Of a stretch of DNA of 64,000 nucleotides, positions 12,085-24,429 are shown one piece after another. The position numbers were made by a program, and so were the translations under genes. The notes under the pieces were generated by a model. It searched no databases and was not told where the DNA came from. It saw only the letters and a program-made list of their open reading frames with translations. Source of the stretch: Raillietiella orientalis (Eukaryota); the NCBI GenBank assembly GCA_036172245.1, contig JAYWIR010000001.1, positions 10,478,001-10,542,000 of the forward strand. The letters run 5' to 3'. Each line of letters starts with the position of its first letter. Position 1 is the first letter of the stretch.

Positions 12085-13280
12085 ATGAACAGAGGAAGGG
12101 CGGATGTGTGCCGGTCGGCACGAACCCAAAATAACTGCCCACGCAAGCGAGAGGACTAGGGAAGAAACAACGAATAAATCAATAAATGGAGAATGTGATC
12201 CACCGGCCTCTTGGTATTCCGCTTGATTTCCGAGGGCCTGTATCGGGAAGGGAAGGGACGGAAGTGGGGCACGGAGCGGTCTCTCCCGGGTTTCGGGTCA
12301 AAAGGTTGCCCACAAGCGCTCCCCGGTGCCCTCGCACCCAAAGATCGGTCCATTCCATCCCCTTTCTCATGAAGTCTCGATGGCACTTGCAAATGACTAC
12401 TCGGGATACCTGCCGCGCGCTTCGGCTATCTTTGGCAAGCTCCTCGCTGCTCGCACGTGGCCGAAGGTGGTCGGGAACGAGACGACCGGCAAACCCGGAG
12501 ACGCGACCATCTCTTTGACGGGGTCTTCCATGGCAGCATCGCGGAACCGAAGCGTCCCCGCTGAGGTGCGCGCTTCCATCCCTCACCCCAGCCCGGCCTC
12601 CCGCGCTTCAGTACCTCAGCGAGAGCGCCCCCACCGTTCCCCAAGGCGGGCATGATGGACGTCCTCGATGACCGCAAGACCTGGGAGGCAGGTCAACGTC
12701 GTCCGGTATTCCTGCAAGGGGGAAAGGAGAAGGGGGTCTCCCCAGACGGCCACCGACACTTCTGTCAGGGTGAACTGGTCTTTCCAGCCTCACTCTCGTT
12801 TCCAGGGATTCCAATTCGGCGGCACTCCCATCGTGCTCCCCCGTCAGCAGCGCGATGGAAAGAAGCGGGCGACCCAAACGCCGCGCTCGCCTGCGGTTGC
12901 GCGAGAAGACGCATCCTTCGCAGTTTCCTGCGTTCTTCAGGCGTATGCCCGAGGGGACGCACCCTTGCGGATGGGCGTTCCGCAGCCTCGTGACGAGGAC
13001 CAATCTCCCGAACGAGCTTTGCGGGATCTGCATCCATCCGGGGGAGGATGAGTTCGCACCTTCTTGGCGAGAAGGAACCAAGTGTCTCTGTCGCACCCCG
13101 GATTTGGCGAAGCCTCACTGGCGTTTGTTGCTTCCGCCTGGCCATCTGGCGGCGCATCCAACAGTGTCCGGGACGCACAAAGGAAAGCAACTGGGAGCGA
13201 CGGAACGGTTCCAGGCTGCTGACCTCTCGCGAAGCCACAGTTCCCCGTCGCGAAAGCGGGCCAGGGCACGTTGTGCCCTT
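12085..13280 (-). mobile_element. Internally deleted LINE: AP-endonuclease remnant joined to a 3' UTR-like segment
   Basis: Minus frames: TVASREVSSL..RRSQLLSFV (cf. ASWNVRGL), ATET (cf. QETH), SSRGCGTPIRKG (cf. SRGVAILIRK). Confidence 0.6.
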
Positions 13281-13731
13281 TCCAAGCGGACGGACCACGC
13301 TTATCTTGTGTGTGCGTGTGTGTGTGTGTGGGAGGAAGGGAAACGAACCCCAGGTAAGTTGGGAATCCCCAAGAAAGACACCATCCCTCATCCATGACTG
13401 TGATTTTCGACTTTCGCCTGTTCACCTACTCTCTCTGCAGATGTCCTTCAGGAATGCCTCGAGCGCGTTTGCCGCGGTCGGCAGGGGCAACGGGAGCAGC
13501 AAGTTATGTGCAAAAGTCCCGGAACAACAAGGTAAAAAACGAGGGACTGAACTGGAGAATGCGGACGAGTCCGCATCCTCTGGCTGGAACCAAAAGTCAG
13601 TGGTTGAAGCGGGTGCAGTGGTGACCTGGAATCCATCAATATGAAATGGAAGTTTCCCTGACCGAAGAGCAGGCAGGCCGGTGCCCATGGAGTTTCCGAG
13701 GTTCAGGAAAGAGGTGGATGTTCCTTGCGGC

Positions 13732-13798
13732 GCTTTCTGAGGAATTGATGTCTTCCGTTGCTCAGTGCGCAACGGAAGACATCAATTCCTCGGAAAGC
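13732..13798. repeat. Fold-back palindrome, 30 bp arms (1 mismatch), 7 nt loop; mirrored at 43313-43379
   Basis: GCTTTCTGAGGAATTGATGTCTTCCGTTGC-tcagtgc-GCAACGGAAGACATCAATTCCTCGGAAAGC. Confidence 0.95.
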
Positions 13799-14220
13799 AC
13801 TCCGTACCAACCAACCATCATTCATGCACTCTAAGAAATGAAAGACAGATGGACAGTGAGTACTCGGAAAGAAGAATTTGCCTGCCTGGGACGCCATGCT
13901 CGACAGTGTTTATCCTGCACGGATTGCCAGAAAGCAGCGAAAATCAACGGCAACAAACTCCACGTTGATACCTGGCATTCTCTTCTCACCTGGCAACCGG
14001 CATCTTCTGCGCAGTCTCGAATCAGAGGTGCAAGGTGAGGTGCAAGGGCGGAAATTTCGCTGTTTTTCCGTTGAATGTCTTCGAGCGCAGAAATGCAGCC
14101 GTTGCAAACTGATCTCAACTCGTGTTGCCGCATCCTAAAGTGGTATCCGAAATAGCAGGCGTGCACTCTTGGCACGATCTTCGCCTGAAGGCAGGTCGGA
14201 GGATACGTATGGAAGCGCAG

Positions 14221-14257
14221 CGAGACATCGAGCAGCATGCAGCTGCTCGATGTCTCG
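14221..14257. repeat. Perfect palindrome, 16 bp arms, 5 nt loop; mirrored at 42854-42890
   Basis: CGAGACATCGAGCAGC-atgca-GCTGCTCGATGTCTCG. Confidence 0.95.
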
Positions 14258-14699
14258 ATGCAGCTGTTGTGAAGAAGGAAGTTTAGCAGCACGTGCACGG
14301 CTCGTCCGAAGTCATTCCATCGGTTGATGGATTTCAGGGCCTTCAGCGTGGAACCTGTCGAGTGAGCTCGCTGCAGCAGATTCCAAGCTTTGCAGAACTT
14401 TCAAACGAAGTCATCGAGGGTCCGCTGTGCCCTCATAAAGTACTGAGCATTGCAAGTTTTACAGAAGGAGAAAATGATACATTACGATGCGAGGAAGTGT
14501 TGATGGTTCCTCTCTGCTCAACATCCGATCAGTCGAAACGCGCCATAATGAAAAAACGTGGCTTCCTCTTTTTGGAGACGGAAAGTTTCGTTGGAGCTGG
14601 TTACGGCTGCGCTGCAAGGAACAAGAAACGAGGACTAAAATGGGAAGCGCGGGTGTCCAGATCTTTGATTTCTTCCAATCCTTCTAGGAGAAAAAAACG

Positions 14700-15060
14700 A
14701 GAATAAAGTCCGGAACGGGTGGGGCGGAACAAACAAGAAAGAAAGAAAGAAGGGGAAAGTGAGGTTACCGGTGTCGGCCGTTCCTTTCTTTTTTCGAGCC
14801 GAAGCTAGAAGCTGGCGATCTCTGCCTTCACTTCTTCTTCCAGGTGAGTTCACCTAAGATACGTCCTCGTGAAGGGAGGTGGCTGCCTCCCAGGTCACCT
14901 CTCTTCTCTGCGGGCGTCGTCTTCTCGAGCACGTGGCGGGCCGTGACGATGTCGCGGATGCAACACGCCGTTGCCATCACTGCACCAGCCGAGAGTCCGC
15001 CGCGCGCGAGAAAGAACCTCCACAGAGGGTGTCCTCCTGGTAATGGAGCACCAAAACTTC
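14700..15060 (-). mobile_element. LINE 3' fragment (subfamily D)
   Basis: Reverse complement is collinear with 22930-23240 (TGTTGCATCCG...CACCTGGA.GAxGAAGTGA). Confidence 0.6.
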
Positions 15061-15084
15061 AGCCTCAGCCTTCGCCACAGTTCA

Positions 15085-16410
15085 TTTTTTACCCGGTTGT
15101 GCCGTGACGTTTATTCGCGAATGACGAACCATCTAATAAATAAATTGATCAGGCAAAGGGACGAGAAGTTCAAGAGGTGCGTTCTCCGACACGAGAGTCA
15201 CTGAAAGTCCAGAACGGGACGGAGGGGATGCTCGTTAGATATAAAAACATGTGCGTGGTAGGAAACAGGGGTCTTTTGGCCTTTCTTCTCAGAGCCGGCG
15301 CTGAATTCCGGAGGAGTTTTCCTTTCTGACTTCTTCTTGAAGATGAGGCCACCTAGCAGCCGTCCTCATGCTGGATTCTGCAACCCTGGTGACCTCTATT
15401 CGTTCTGTTTGCCATCCAGCACGTGTTGAGCCGTGACGAAGGTGCGGATGCAGCTTGTGCAATGCAACATAACAACTTAAGGTCGAAGACTTTTTAGAGT
15501 GATGCCGCCGGACCGGCGTGGGCAGCAAGAGAAGCAGGCCGTCTGCATCGGCTGCCACGGCCGGCGTGCTTCAGCCCAAGTGCTGGGCAGGTTGACCAGC
15601 GTTATTCTGCACCGAATCCGTGAATACGCTGAAAAGCACAGGTGCTCGAGATGTCTTTCTGTCCGATGGCTTTGCGCACGGCAACGCCGTCAGCGCGACA
15701 AACTGCTGAAAGCAACCTTGGTGATGGCGTGGCGCCCAATAAGAAAAGCGGCAGAGGTGCACGTGTGCCGGGAGATTGAGGGTGGCCGCTTCCACCTCCA
15801 CACTTGCAAGAAAGAGCTGAAGTGTAACTTGGAGGAGGACATGAGGGAGCTAGGGAAGGCACCAGTTCTGAGTAGGGCTGTCCCAGAGAGCTCTTGGAGC
15901 TGGCGGATGTGTCGTTGGGGTTCTGCTCGCTTGCAGGGGCATCGCGCGGGCTATCCGACTAAATCTCGCCTTTGGACAGGCGCGCAGGGATCGAGTTCTT
16001 GCTGGCTGCAGCGCGCGAGTAGATGATGGCTTCCCCGTTCCCCAAGGAGGTCACTAGGGTGATCGCTGGGCCGGACATCCGAGCTGATTCCGGGCACAGG
16101 AAGGGGTCGTGCTCGTGTCCGTGGAGAGGCACTCACACCCTTGCGAATGGGGACTCCGCAGACTCGCCATGAGGGTGAGCAGCCCGAATCTCCGTGGCCT
16201 GGTGGTCTGTCGCCGCTCGAAACGAGGAAGCGAAGGAGTTGGCGTGCGAAAGGACCGGATGAGCTCGCGGTAGGCTCGTGGACATTCCTTCCGCGTGTGT
16301 CTCGTGAGGAGAGCGGGGGGGGGGGACCTCGGGAACGCTCGTTCCTCCTCGAACGATCTTCGGGAGATAAGCGATGAAATACGGCGCGTTTCCCGGGAGA
16401 AGCGACAACT
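15085..16410 (-). mobile_element. Internally deleted LINE (endonuclease remnant, post-RT part, 3' end)
   Basis: HETH and GVPIRKG motifs at ~16130-16310. 3' part similar to 50330-50480. Terminus AATAAACGTCACGGCACAACCGGGT at 15091-15115 (minus). Confidence 0.6.
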
Positions 16411-16824
16411 AAAAGCAAATATTTGGCAATCGCCCTTCAAATAGATCAGATTTTTCTGGCTTCCTCCATCGGAGCATTCCTGTCTTCCATTACAGTGACG
16501 TATCGGGCTAACAGGAGATACCATCGGCACTTATAGGATCCTTTCCCGGATGCTACTGAAAGCTGTAATTAGAGGAAATTTCGGTGTGGAAACGACCGCG
16601 CAATGAACTCTCTCCAGTGCCGCGACGTCCCGCGGTCCATCTTCTCGGAAGTCGGCAACTGCGGCAAAACCCCTAGTTTTTCACCTTCTTTGGCTTCGGT
16701 AGCTACGCTGATGGTGACTAATAAATTTCTCGGCATCAGTTGTCGTTGACACCAACCTTGAAATATGTGTCTAGAAGTGCAGATGACCCTCAATACTCTG
16801 GCATTTCCTTGTAAACAGTAATCT

Positions 16825-18730
16825 TTTTTTTGGTTCTTCACATGCTGAAGAACCGTTCTCCTCCGCTGAAGTAAGGGGAATCACGAAACTCTTTAGCACA
16901 GTTCACGTCCACCCGAGAGTGCGTGTCGCTCTCGGGTGGACGTGAACGGGTGAAGTTATGGAATGTAATCCTGTGCTGGCCACGCTATGAATCCAGGAAG
17001 GCCCCGCGGGAAGGATCCCGTTCCTCTTACTCTCGGGAGAGAATCCCGAAGGAAACTTCTTCCTTATTCTCTCCGGAGGGACTCCCAGGACGGACCTACT
17101 CTTCATTTCACTCCTTGTTGTTTCTCCTCTGACGAGAATCCCGAAGGGACACTTTCAGATTTCTCCGGAGGGCGCGTCTTGCACCGAAGGGAGCAGGGCG
17201 CTTCTTGCACTCTGGACAGGTGCCAACTAGCTCTGTGGAAGCGCTTGTACCGCTCCATCTTCACAACGGCTTCTTTGGTTCCTGGAAGGACCCCGAAAGG
17301 TCAACTTCCAATCCCAGTCAACAAAAGCATCTGATTTCCGGCTTCCACCATTGCCACACCCTTCTCTCCTGCACCTGAACGTCATCTCTTCCGGCAGAGT
17401 GAGACTCGCTTCCTTCCTTGTGCCCCGTCCACGCAGTCACATCCACTGCAGACTGCACCTTCGGGAGGTGGCCACGCTGGCGAAGAAAAACGCATGGATC
17501 TCCTCCCGCCACGCGAACGGCAGTGTCCTGTTACGGGAAACAGTTCGCACGTGGGCGAGGAACCAGGAGCGATTCCCGGAACAGACACGAAGATTCCTAC
17601 ACGGACCTTAAAGAAGCTGCTCGCTCCGGAAGATTCTCGAACATCATCGACAAAGAAGAAACTCCCTTGCCGCAGCGCTGCCCTTCCTGAGGGAGCATAT
17701 CGACAGCAGCCTTGCGGCTAGATGGGAGGTTACTGTAGAAATCTTCGGAAGGAGGAAAGCACTGTGTGAGTGGACGACGGGCCAGCTCACCGACCCTGTG
17801 ACTCCGATTGTTCGACATCGTGGACTCTTGCTGGGTATTCCTGAGGAAGATCTGCAGTGACTTCAAGTTCTTCTGAATCGACGCATCCTCCCCTTAAAGT
17901 GGCAGGAGTTGGAATTGATGCTGCTGCACAGGGGCTTCGCGTGCAACGCCTTCCAGCATTAGTAGACACGGAAGGAAGGGATGAAACGAAACTGTGCAAT
18001 GTGCGGGGAACGGGAATCCCTCCTGCACCTCCTGGTGGACTGTGTTGCCCACCAACCCCATTGGAAACGCTTTGCCGCGACCATTGGAACCCCCGGCAGC
18101 AACGCCAGAGACGTTCTTAAGCGCCTCTTCCAGCGCGATGCCTAGGCCGGTCACATCCCTAGCGCTGCCCACGTGGCAGGATTATGGCTGCATGGAGCAA
18201 CGCCATAGGAGTCCAGAACTACAGCGACGCCATCTATTCTGCTGTCCTCTTCATGAGGATAACGCCAAAACGGCCCCACCTGGGAGTTTTGAAACGGGAA
18301 CTTGCCGGCACCCTTACAAGGATGCAGAGGACGCCCTCTAGCACGCAGTGATCCCCTCCCGAACCTCCCAGTTTTTTGACTGCATTTTTCGTTTTGTTTT
18401 TTTCTTTTTGTTTGTCTCCTCTTCCCCTGTGCTGTCGAGGCGAACCCCGCTGGCCTGCGCGCCAGATCCCGGCAGGTTCCTTTTCGCATTCATAAGTAAC
18501 GTGGCAGGATCAAACATCCTGCCACAGACATGTAAGTTCTATAAATAAACTTCCCGGCGTGACCAGGTGTCAACCATTGCAGCACCCGAATAATCTCCAA
18601 CTAGATCATCTTGTGGGGGAGCCACGAAACCCACATGAAACCCCCCATTCTCGGTGTCGCTCCTTCCCCGTGTGGAATTAGTGCCTGCACGCACGAAGAC
18701 CACAGCCACACGGCCCCTGCCGACGCGGGT
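16825..18730 (-). mobile_element. SINE-like copy 3, split by a LINE insertion (16825-17361 and 18573-18730)
   Basis: SINE body stops at ...ACCATTGCCACACCC (17347-17361) and resumes at ACCATTGCAGCACCC (18573-18587), continuing into a degenerate head. Confidence 0.75.
17362..18572 (+). mobile_element. 5'-truncated LINE (subfamily A) with 15 bp TSD (2 mismatches)
   Basis: zf-RVT remnant (LLH..ACNAFQH..CAMCGERESLLHLLVDC across frameshifts), structured 3' UTR 18431-18525, end AATAAACTTCCCGGCGTGACCAGGTGTCA. Confidence 0.85.
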
Positions 18731-19386
18731 GTGCAAAAGCAATCTTTGTAGTTGAATTCATAAAGAGAAGATTCGAAAGGTTGTTTGAGCGGATAATTCG
18801 ATCTACAAGAATCGTCCACAGCTTTTTTGGATGGGTTGTTTACGGTCATGGGATTGTTTACGATTTCCAGCCGATTCCATGGAGTAAGGGGAATACGATT
18901 CTGCGACTCCGCTGCTGAAACCGAATGCCTGGCTTCAATCGAGAGTAGTCAGGACCTGCTTATAATTCGGTTGGGTCTCTGGGTCTGACTGCACGTGCTC
19001 CGACTGGAAGGCCATTTTGCGTGCACGAAACCCAAGCTCCGCTGACCATCCTCAGAACGTCCCTCGATGTGTACGGAGGTTGAGTACCAAGATCGGTTAA
19101 GTTCCATCCTAGAGTACCACGATACCCCATGCTCTTCACAAGACTGTTGGTTGCACCTCTCTTGTACTACATGGAGAATTCAGGATAGCCAGAAAGTGCT
19201 TTTCCTGCATTTGAGCCGTTCCAGATCTTTTAAGGCTTGCTTAAGGATATTTTTTTGTACACATCTTGTTTTAGATCCTGATTTGAGTTTTTTCTTTACG
19301 CTTTCTTTCGTCACTCGGCAGCTTCCTGTGACTCCAGCTGTCTACACGTTCCTTGTTACCTCACACGTTGGAGCAAATGAGAAACT

Positions 19387-19480
19387 AATGTGACCCTGAC
19401 TACAGCTGCTCATCCGCAAATGATATTCACAGCTGCTGATCCTGCTACAACGAAATGTGACCCTGACTACGGATCTGATC
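19387..19480. repeat. Short imperfect tandem duplication (~67 nt period)
   Basis: AATGTGACCCTGACTAC occurs at ~19387 and ~19454, with ACAGCTGCT repeated between them. Confidence 0.7.
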
Positions 19481-20249
19481 ATTGGGAACATGCTATCCGT
19501 TGTTCTCTTGAATCACTCTTTACTTAAGCGTAGTTGAATCACAGGGAAGGATCAGAAATCACACAGAAGCAACGTTAGACCATCTGTGTTCATCTGTTTC
19601 CCGTCTTCCTCAAAAGTTTCAGCCCATTCTCTCTCATCTGCCGGTGATTGCCATTCCCAAGCTCTGTGTTAAGAAACCATAAAAAGCCAATGGAGAAAGA
19701 AGAGATGCTGAGAACATCTGTAAACGTCTGATGCTTGCGAGTAAAGTAGACGATCCTGAATTCGGAAATTAGGACGCAGATGCACAGCGCAGTCCAAAAC
19801 TGAGAAGACAATTGAAGAAAGGGAAACCATTGCTATCGTAAGAAGCGTGATTCATTTTAAATGGTCATTCGAGTGAAACTTTGTGATTCATAAACGTGTT
19901 CCATCTAGGAGAATACTGGTCTTTGCAGGTTAGGTTAAAACCACGGGTCCTCCGTCTTGGCGCCTACAGGAAACTTCTGGATTCCACCATTAAAATTCTT
20001 TCGGTTTCACTTACAATTGATTTGGAGCGAAAAAGACTTCATTTTCCTTGCCTGGATACCTTGCTAAGCTTTTCATATTCAAAAAAGGCAGTTATGTACC
20101 CTGGGGACCCAAATGATCATGCCACAGCACACCTCCTCCTAACCACCAAATAATTCCAAGATTACATTCAACTAAGAGCGCATATGCTACTAAGAATCAC
20201 AGCTTCCATTAATAAATTAGGCATATAATCATTTTCTTATTCGCATTTT

Positions 20250-22660
20250 CAGAGTTCGTGGTAGTCTTTGGCAGATTCCCATCTTCTAACGCAGCAACTT
20301 CCTTAGAATTGAAATTTTTCGAATTTCGTCTTCCATGAAGATTTTGGCTTTTCTTTTGGGAATTACCTTCCATTTAAGTTTCAGGTCGTGCGAGCTTGGC
20401 AAGGGGTTTCTATTTTCAGTTGCAAAATCTTCAAAAGGAGCACAGCTGCTGGTCTCATCTTTCAAGATGGCTGCGCGTTCATGAATTTCTCTCCAAACTT
20501 CTTAGTCCTCATCGATATTGATCTCCTGTCTTTTCCATTCCGGATGCTGATTGGCTTAAGCAGAACGAGATCGGAAAACTTCGATTTCACATATCATTCC
20601 ACGACCTAAGAACGAATTTAGTGATATCACAGCAGATTCCAAGTAATGATTCCTGATGGTGTTTAGGGATCGTTGCTTATGGTCGCTCAGGTTTTCTTTG
20701 CCACTTACAAAGGAACATCCAACATTCTTGTCTTCCATGTAACTATGAGTCAGGATAAAATCTTTTCCTATTTAAAGAACTGACAGAGGTCCCATAACTT
20801 CTGCTCACATCTCTTCTGGGAATTAAGACCTCCACAAAACCTGTGGATTCTTTCCCTTTTAGCTCTCGTCTGAATCCTATCCTTGCAGCGATTCCAATGG
20901 CCAATAGAAAGCAAACCTTCTAAACAAAAACTCCAATGAGGTCTCCAATGAGGAGTGAATTATAGGGAATAATTGTCTGCACATTCTTGTAGCTTGGGTA
21001 ACGTTTGCTTGTGTGATAAATTTCCGCTAGAGGAAAGTAGATCTTCAATTTCAGGCTGCAGAACCGTGCGAACTTCGATAATCACGATCTTACTCTAGTA
21101 ATCCTAGAGAAAGCTCCAGTGGGAACCAAATAGGAGGAGATTGGTTTACGAAGATGACCCAACTTCGAATCTTTCATGGTCTTTGCACTCTCGCTTCGCT
21201 TTCCGCTCCCACGATCCACGGCTTCAAAAAATGCCAGGGAGATCTGCCAAAGGGCTGGTTATCTGTCGTTCCTGCATCGCAAACAAGGCTCGCATCTCGG
21301 TGCAAAGGATGTTCGAATTCGTTTCCTGTGTACGACACCTCTAGTTCAAAACAAGGAATTTCGTTTGGAACTCCTCCTCAACGATCCAACCTGCCAAACC
21401 ACAGAATAAATTCCACCCTATTATTTGCTCCTCCCAATCCAACTGTTCTCGATAAAAAGTACCTCCGATGCTATGCTTGATCAGCTGCTGAACTTTGCTC
21501 TCAATCTATACTGACCTAACATACCTAAACTAACCTAACCTGACCTAACCTAACGTAAACTGAACTAAACTCCAATAAACTAACCTCATCTACTCAACCC
21601 CACTTGACGTCACCTCACACAACCTCATTTCACCTAAGCTAAGTTCAGTTAACCTAACCTAAACGACACCTCGATGTTCTACGAAGCAGTCCCCAATATG
21701 CAGAAGGGTTCTTCTCAAGTTTGAAGTAACCTTCCTTAAAAAAAAAAAAAAAAAAGGAGAAGAAAAATCTATCATGCGTACATATTTAAGGCAGCTGACT
21801 GCTCCAAACAGGGAATCCCAGTTCAAGATCGGCATGAACAGCTGATGTAGAACATTGCGTAAAGAGATACCCTCGAGAAAAATTCCGCTTCTCATCAAAA
21901 TGCTGGATGCTTTAGGAATGGATGTCAGTAGCATCCCGAGAGTTAAAAACTCCATCTCAGGAGAGCATGTCAGAAAAGATGAGCCTTTTGCTTTTCAGGA
22001 AAAGTTGAGATAATACACTCCACATGCCCCGTTGAGAACTCTTGATGTCTGCTCCATCTGAGAGGCTATCTTGGAAGAGTGCAAACTGCAAATAATTGTA
22101 CTGCTACCTAGCCATATCTCCGACCTCGAAAGCTTCATTCTTCCGGGCGACTCTGTGCCCATGCATAATGTGATTCCTCTAATCTATCCCAGAAGGTGAT
22201 TACGAAGACGAGAGCACTCTTCCTGTACAACTAGTTTCTTCCTTGCAGGAAATGCCTCGCAGGAAATTTCATCTTCAGATATCCAAGCATCAAAAACACC
22301 TCATTTTGTAGTTCTCTGCTCTCAGTGAAGATTTTTCGGGAATGAAAGTTCTCCTAATCATTCCAGAAACACAAGAGTTGAGCCACTGGTGTTTATCAAT
22401 GACATGCACTCATATGTGGACAGACACTGATTGCTGTCTTAAAAATTGCACTATAAAGATTGCATTGAATGAACTCGTCTTGGTTTCTACGCCTTAGCAT
22501 TCTAAAAGCATCCTCAAGGATGAAATCTTCGAGGAGTAATCTTGGCCTACTCCAAAGAACCGGTCGACCATCAAAATGGGCTTGCATTGCGCCAGTTTGC
22601 CACAGCAACCACCATTCATTTCCCTTTTCCATCCAAGTCAAGCGAAACCTGTTCCTAGAC
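20250..22660 (-). pseudogene. Decayed FAR1/Mutator-like transposase with SWIM zinc finger, interrupted by a CCTAA tract
   Basis: Ordered minus-strand motifs: PVAQLLCFWN (cf. PxAxHxxCxWH), FWDRLEESHYAWAQ (cf. WLxxLYxxRExWA), CSLHSSK (cf. ESxHSxxK), SCSCRS*TGIPCLEQSAAL (SWIM CxCx(n)GxPCxH) at ~21790-21850, then FIENSW. The 3' extent is uncertain. Confidence 0.5.
21511..21664. repeat. Degenerate (CCTAA)n / (TTAGG)n pentamer tract
   Basis: ...ACCTAAACTAACCTAACCTGACCTAACCTAAC...TAACCTAACCTAAAC. TTAGG is the canonical arthropod telomeric repeat. Confidence 0.85.
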
Positions 22661-22664
22661 ACAC

Positions 22665-23490
22665 GTCATGACACATCTGAAGAAAGGCGACACTCTCTCT
22701 GTCGAGTGAGGAAGACGCTTGCGAGGCACGGACGGGGGTGTTGCGACAGCGTTTCAAAGGCGAGCAGGCAGTCTCCAGCGCGACGCGAACCGCCACCTCC
22801 AGAGCAGTGCGTGGGCGTTTGTGCATCCGAAAGGTTTGAAAGGCGCACTTGTTGGAACTGCTGTGCCTTCCAGGAACTTTGGCGGAGGCTGAACTCAGTA
22901 ACTCCTGCACACCGGAAACAATGCGACGATTCTTTGCGAGAGGTGGAGTCACGACAGGCGCCGTCATAGCGACGACCTGTTGCATCCGTGCCATCGTTGC
23001 GGTCCGCCAGTTGTTGGGGTCTCGGGCATAGAGAACGGAGACTGCCAGCATCGCAGCGGTCCACATGAGGATGGTTTCCAGGTGACCTCACCTGGACGAG
23101 GAAGTGAGGAAGGAGATCGCTAATATCCTGCACCGCTTCTGAGAGGAAGGAACGGACATTGCCGGTGACCCCTGTCCCGCGCTCCTTTTTACACATTTGT
23201 TTGTGTCCCAATCCCGCCCGTTCCGAACTTTTTCCGGTGCTTTATGAAGGAATGGTAGAAGCCAAAGACCCTGACCCTGCCCTCCAATTTATTTTTGTTT
23301 GTGTTTCGCTCCTATCCTCCCGCTCTGGACGTTCAGGAAGCCGGTCGGGCGTGTCGGTAAACCTTCCCCTCGTACTTCTTTTGGGCTTGTTTATGGGGAA
23401 ACCTCTGTGTCGACAGGGTATTTTCCAAATTATAGGTTCGTTTTATTATTATAAAGTAAACGCCCTTGCGCCACCGGGTGCAAATCCAGA
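22665..23490 (+). mobile_element. LINE 3' fragment (subfamily D)
   Basis: ORF 22469..22969 ends QCVGVC...CWNCCAFQELWRRL (zf-RVT-like). Terminus AGTAAACGCCCTTGCGCCACCGGGTG at ~23455-23480. Confidence 0.65.
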
Positions 23491-23689
23491 GCGGTGAGCC
23501 CTCGCTTTTTCCATTTGGCGCGAATGGCACCAAAACTCATTGCGGTAACAGGATGTCGTGTTCGCAGGACTAGGATTGGGATCCGCGTCTTTTGTGCTTG
23601 GATCCCCAAACTTCTACGCTCTTCTCTTCCGCGCGAACGAAACCAAAGGGACCACCAATGTTTGCACCAATCAACTTCACTCAAAATGG

Positions 23690-24045
23690 TTTTCTGAATT
23701 CTGCTTTTGTCTCGAAGCAGCAGCTCTTCTCTTTGCAGGAAACTCTTTAACACTGTCCACGCCGCCCGAGGATGCGTGCAACTCTCAAGTTAGGGAGTAC
23801 TCCGAGAAGGAACCATCCTATGAATCCAGGAAGGGTTTTGGAGGAAGGGGTCCGTTCCTCTTACGTTTGGTGGGAACCTCGGAGGGAAACTCTTCCTTAT
23901 TCTCTCTGGAAAGACTCTCCAGAGTAGATCACTCACTCCCTTATTTCTTCTCCGAAAGGATCCACTCCTGGAATTTCTTCTCCAAAGGAAACCCATAAGG
24001 GAACCGCTTCTTGTTCCTTCCTCTGAAGAGAACCCCGGAGTGACT
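23690..24045 (-). mobile_element. SINE-like copy 4 (partial, headless)
   Basis: CCTATGAATCCAGGAAGG...GTCCGTTCCTCTTACG...CTCTGAAGAGAACCCCG body motifs. Confidence 0.75.
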
Positions 24046-24429
24046 CTTTTCCTTCTTAGAAGGGAAAACCGGACGAGAATCGAAGACGCTCCACTTTGAT
24101 CAGAGACCGTCAACCGGCATTGCCCGTCAATGCTTTTCACCATGCATGTCTGCGGGCAAACCTCTTCATCCTTTTAATTGCAAGCCCAGAAACAATCTGA
24201 TATGGAAAACCTGATGCACTTGGTGTTTTCGTACATCCTCGTTTACACTCTCTGTCATCTGACCTGTTGGGCGGGCGATCTCTCGAGGCATTCTGCGGAA
24301 CACTGAATCGTCTCACCATCGAGCGCCTCGATGGCAAGTTCTTCTTGCTGGAAGGAGGACCATCATCTGGAACACTTTTGTTGTCCCCCCTCCTCGGTTT
24401 CCTGCGTTTTATTTATCCGCCCTCGCATC

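Larger units (their letters stand above)
12085..16130 (+). repeat. Left arm of a large inverted duplication (partner ~40981-44495)
   Basis: Mirror-image ORF track (15499..16026+ vs 41100..41612-; 13394..13624+ vs 43487..43717-). Core 12911-16044 is the reverse complement of 41067-44204 with only a few differences. Confidence 0.97.
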
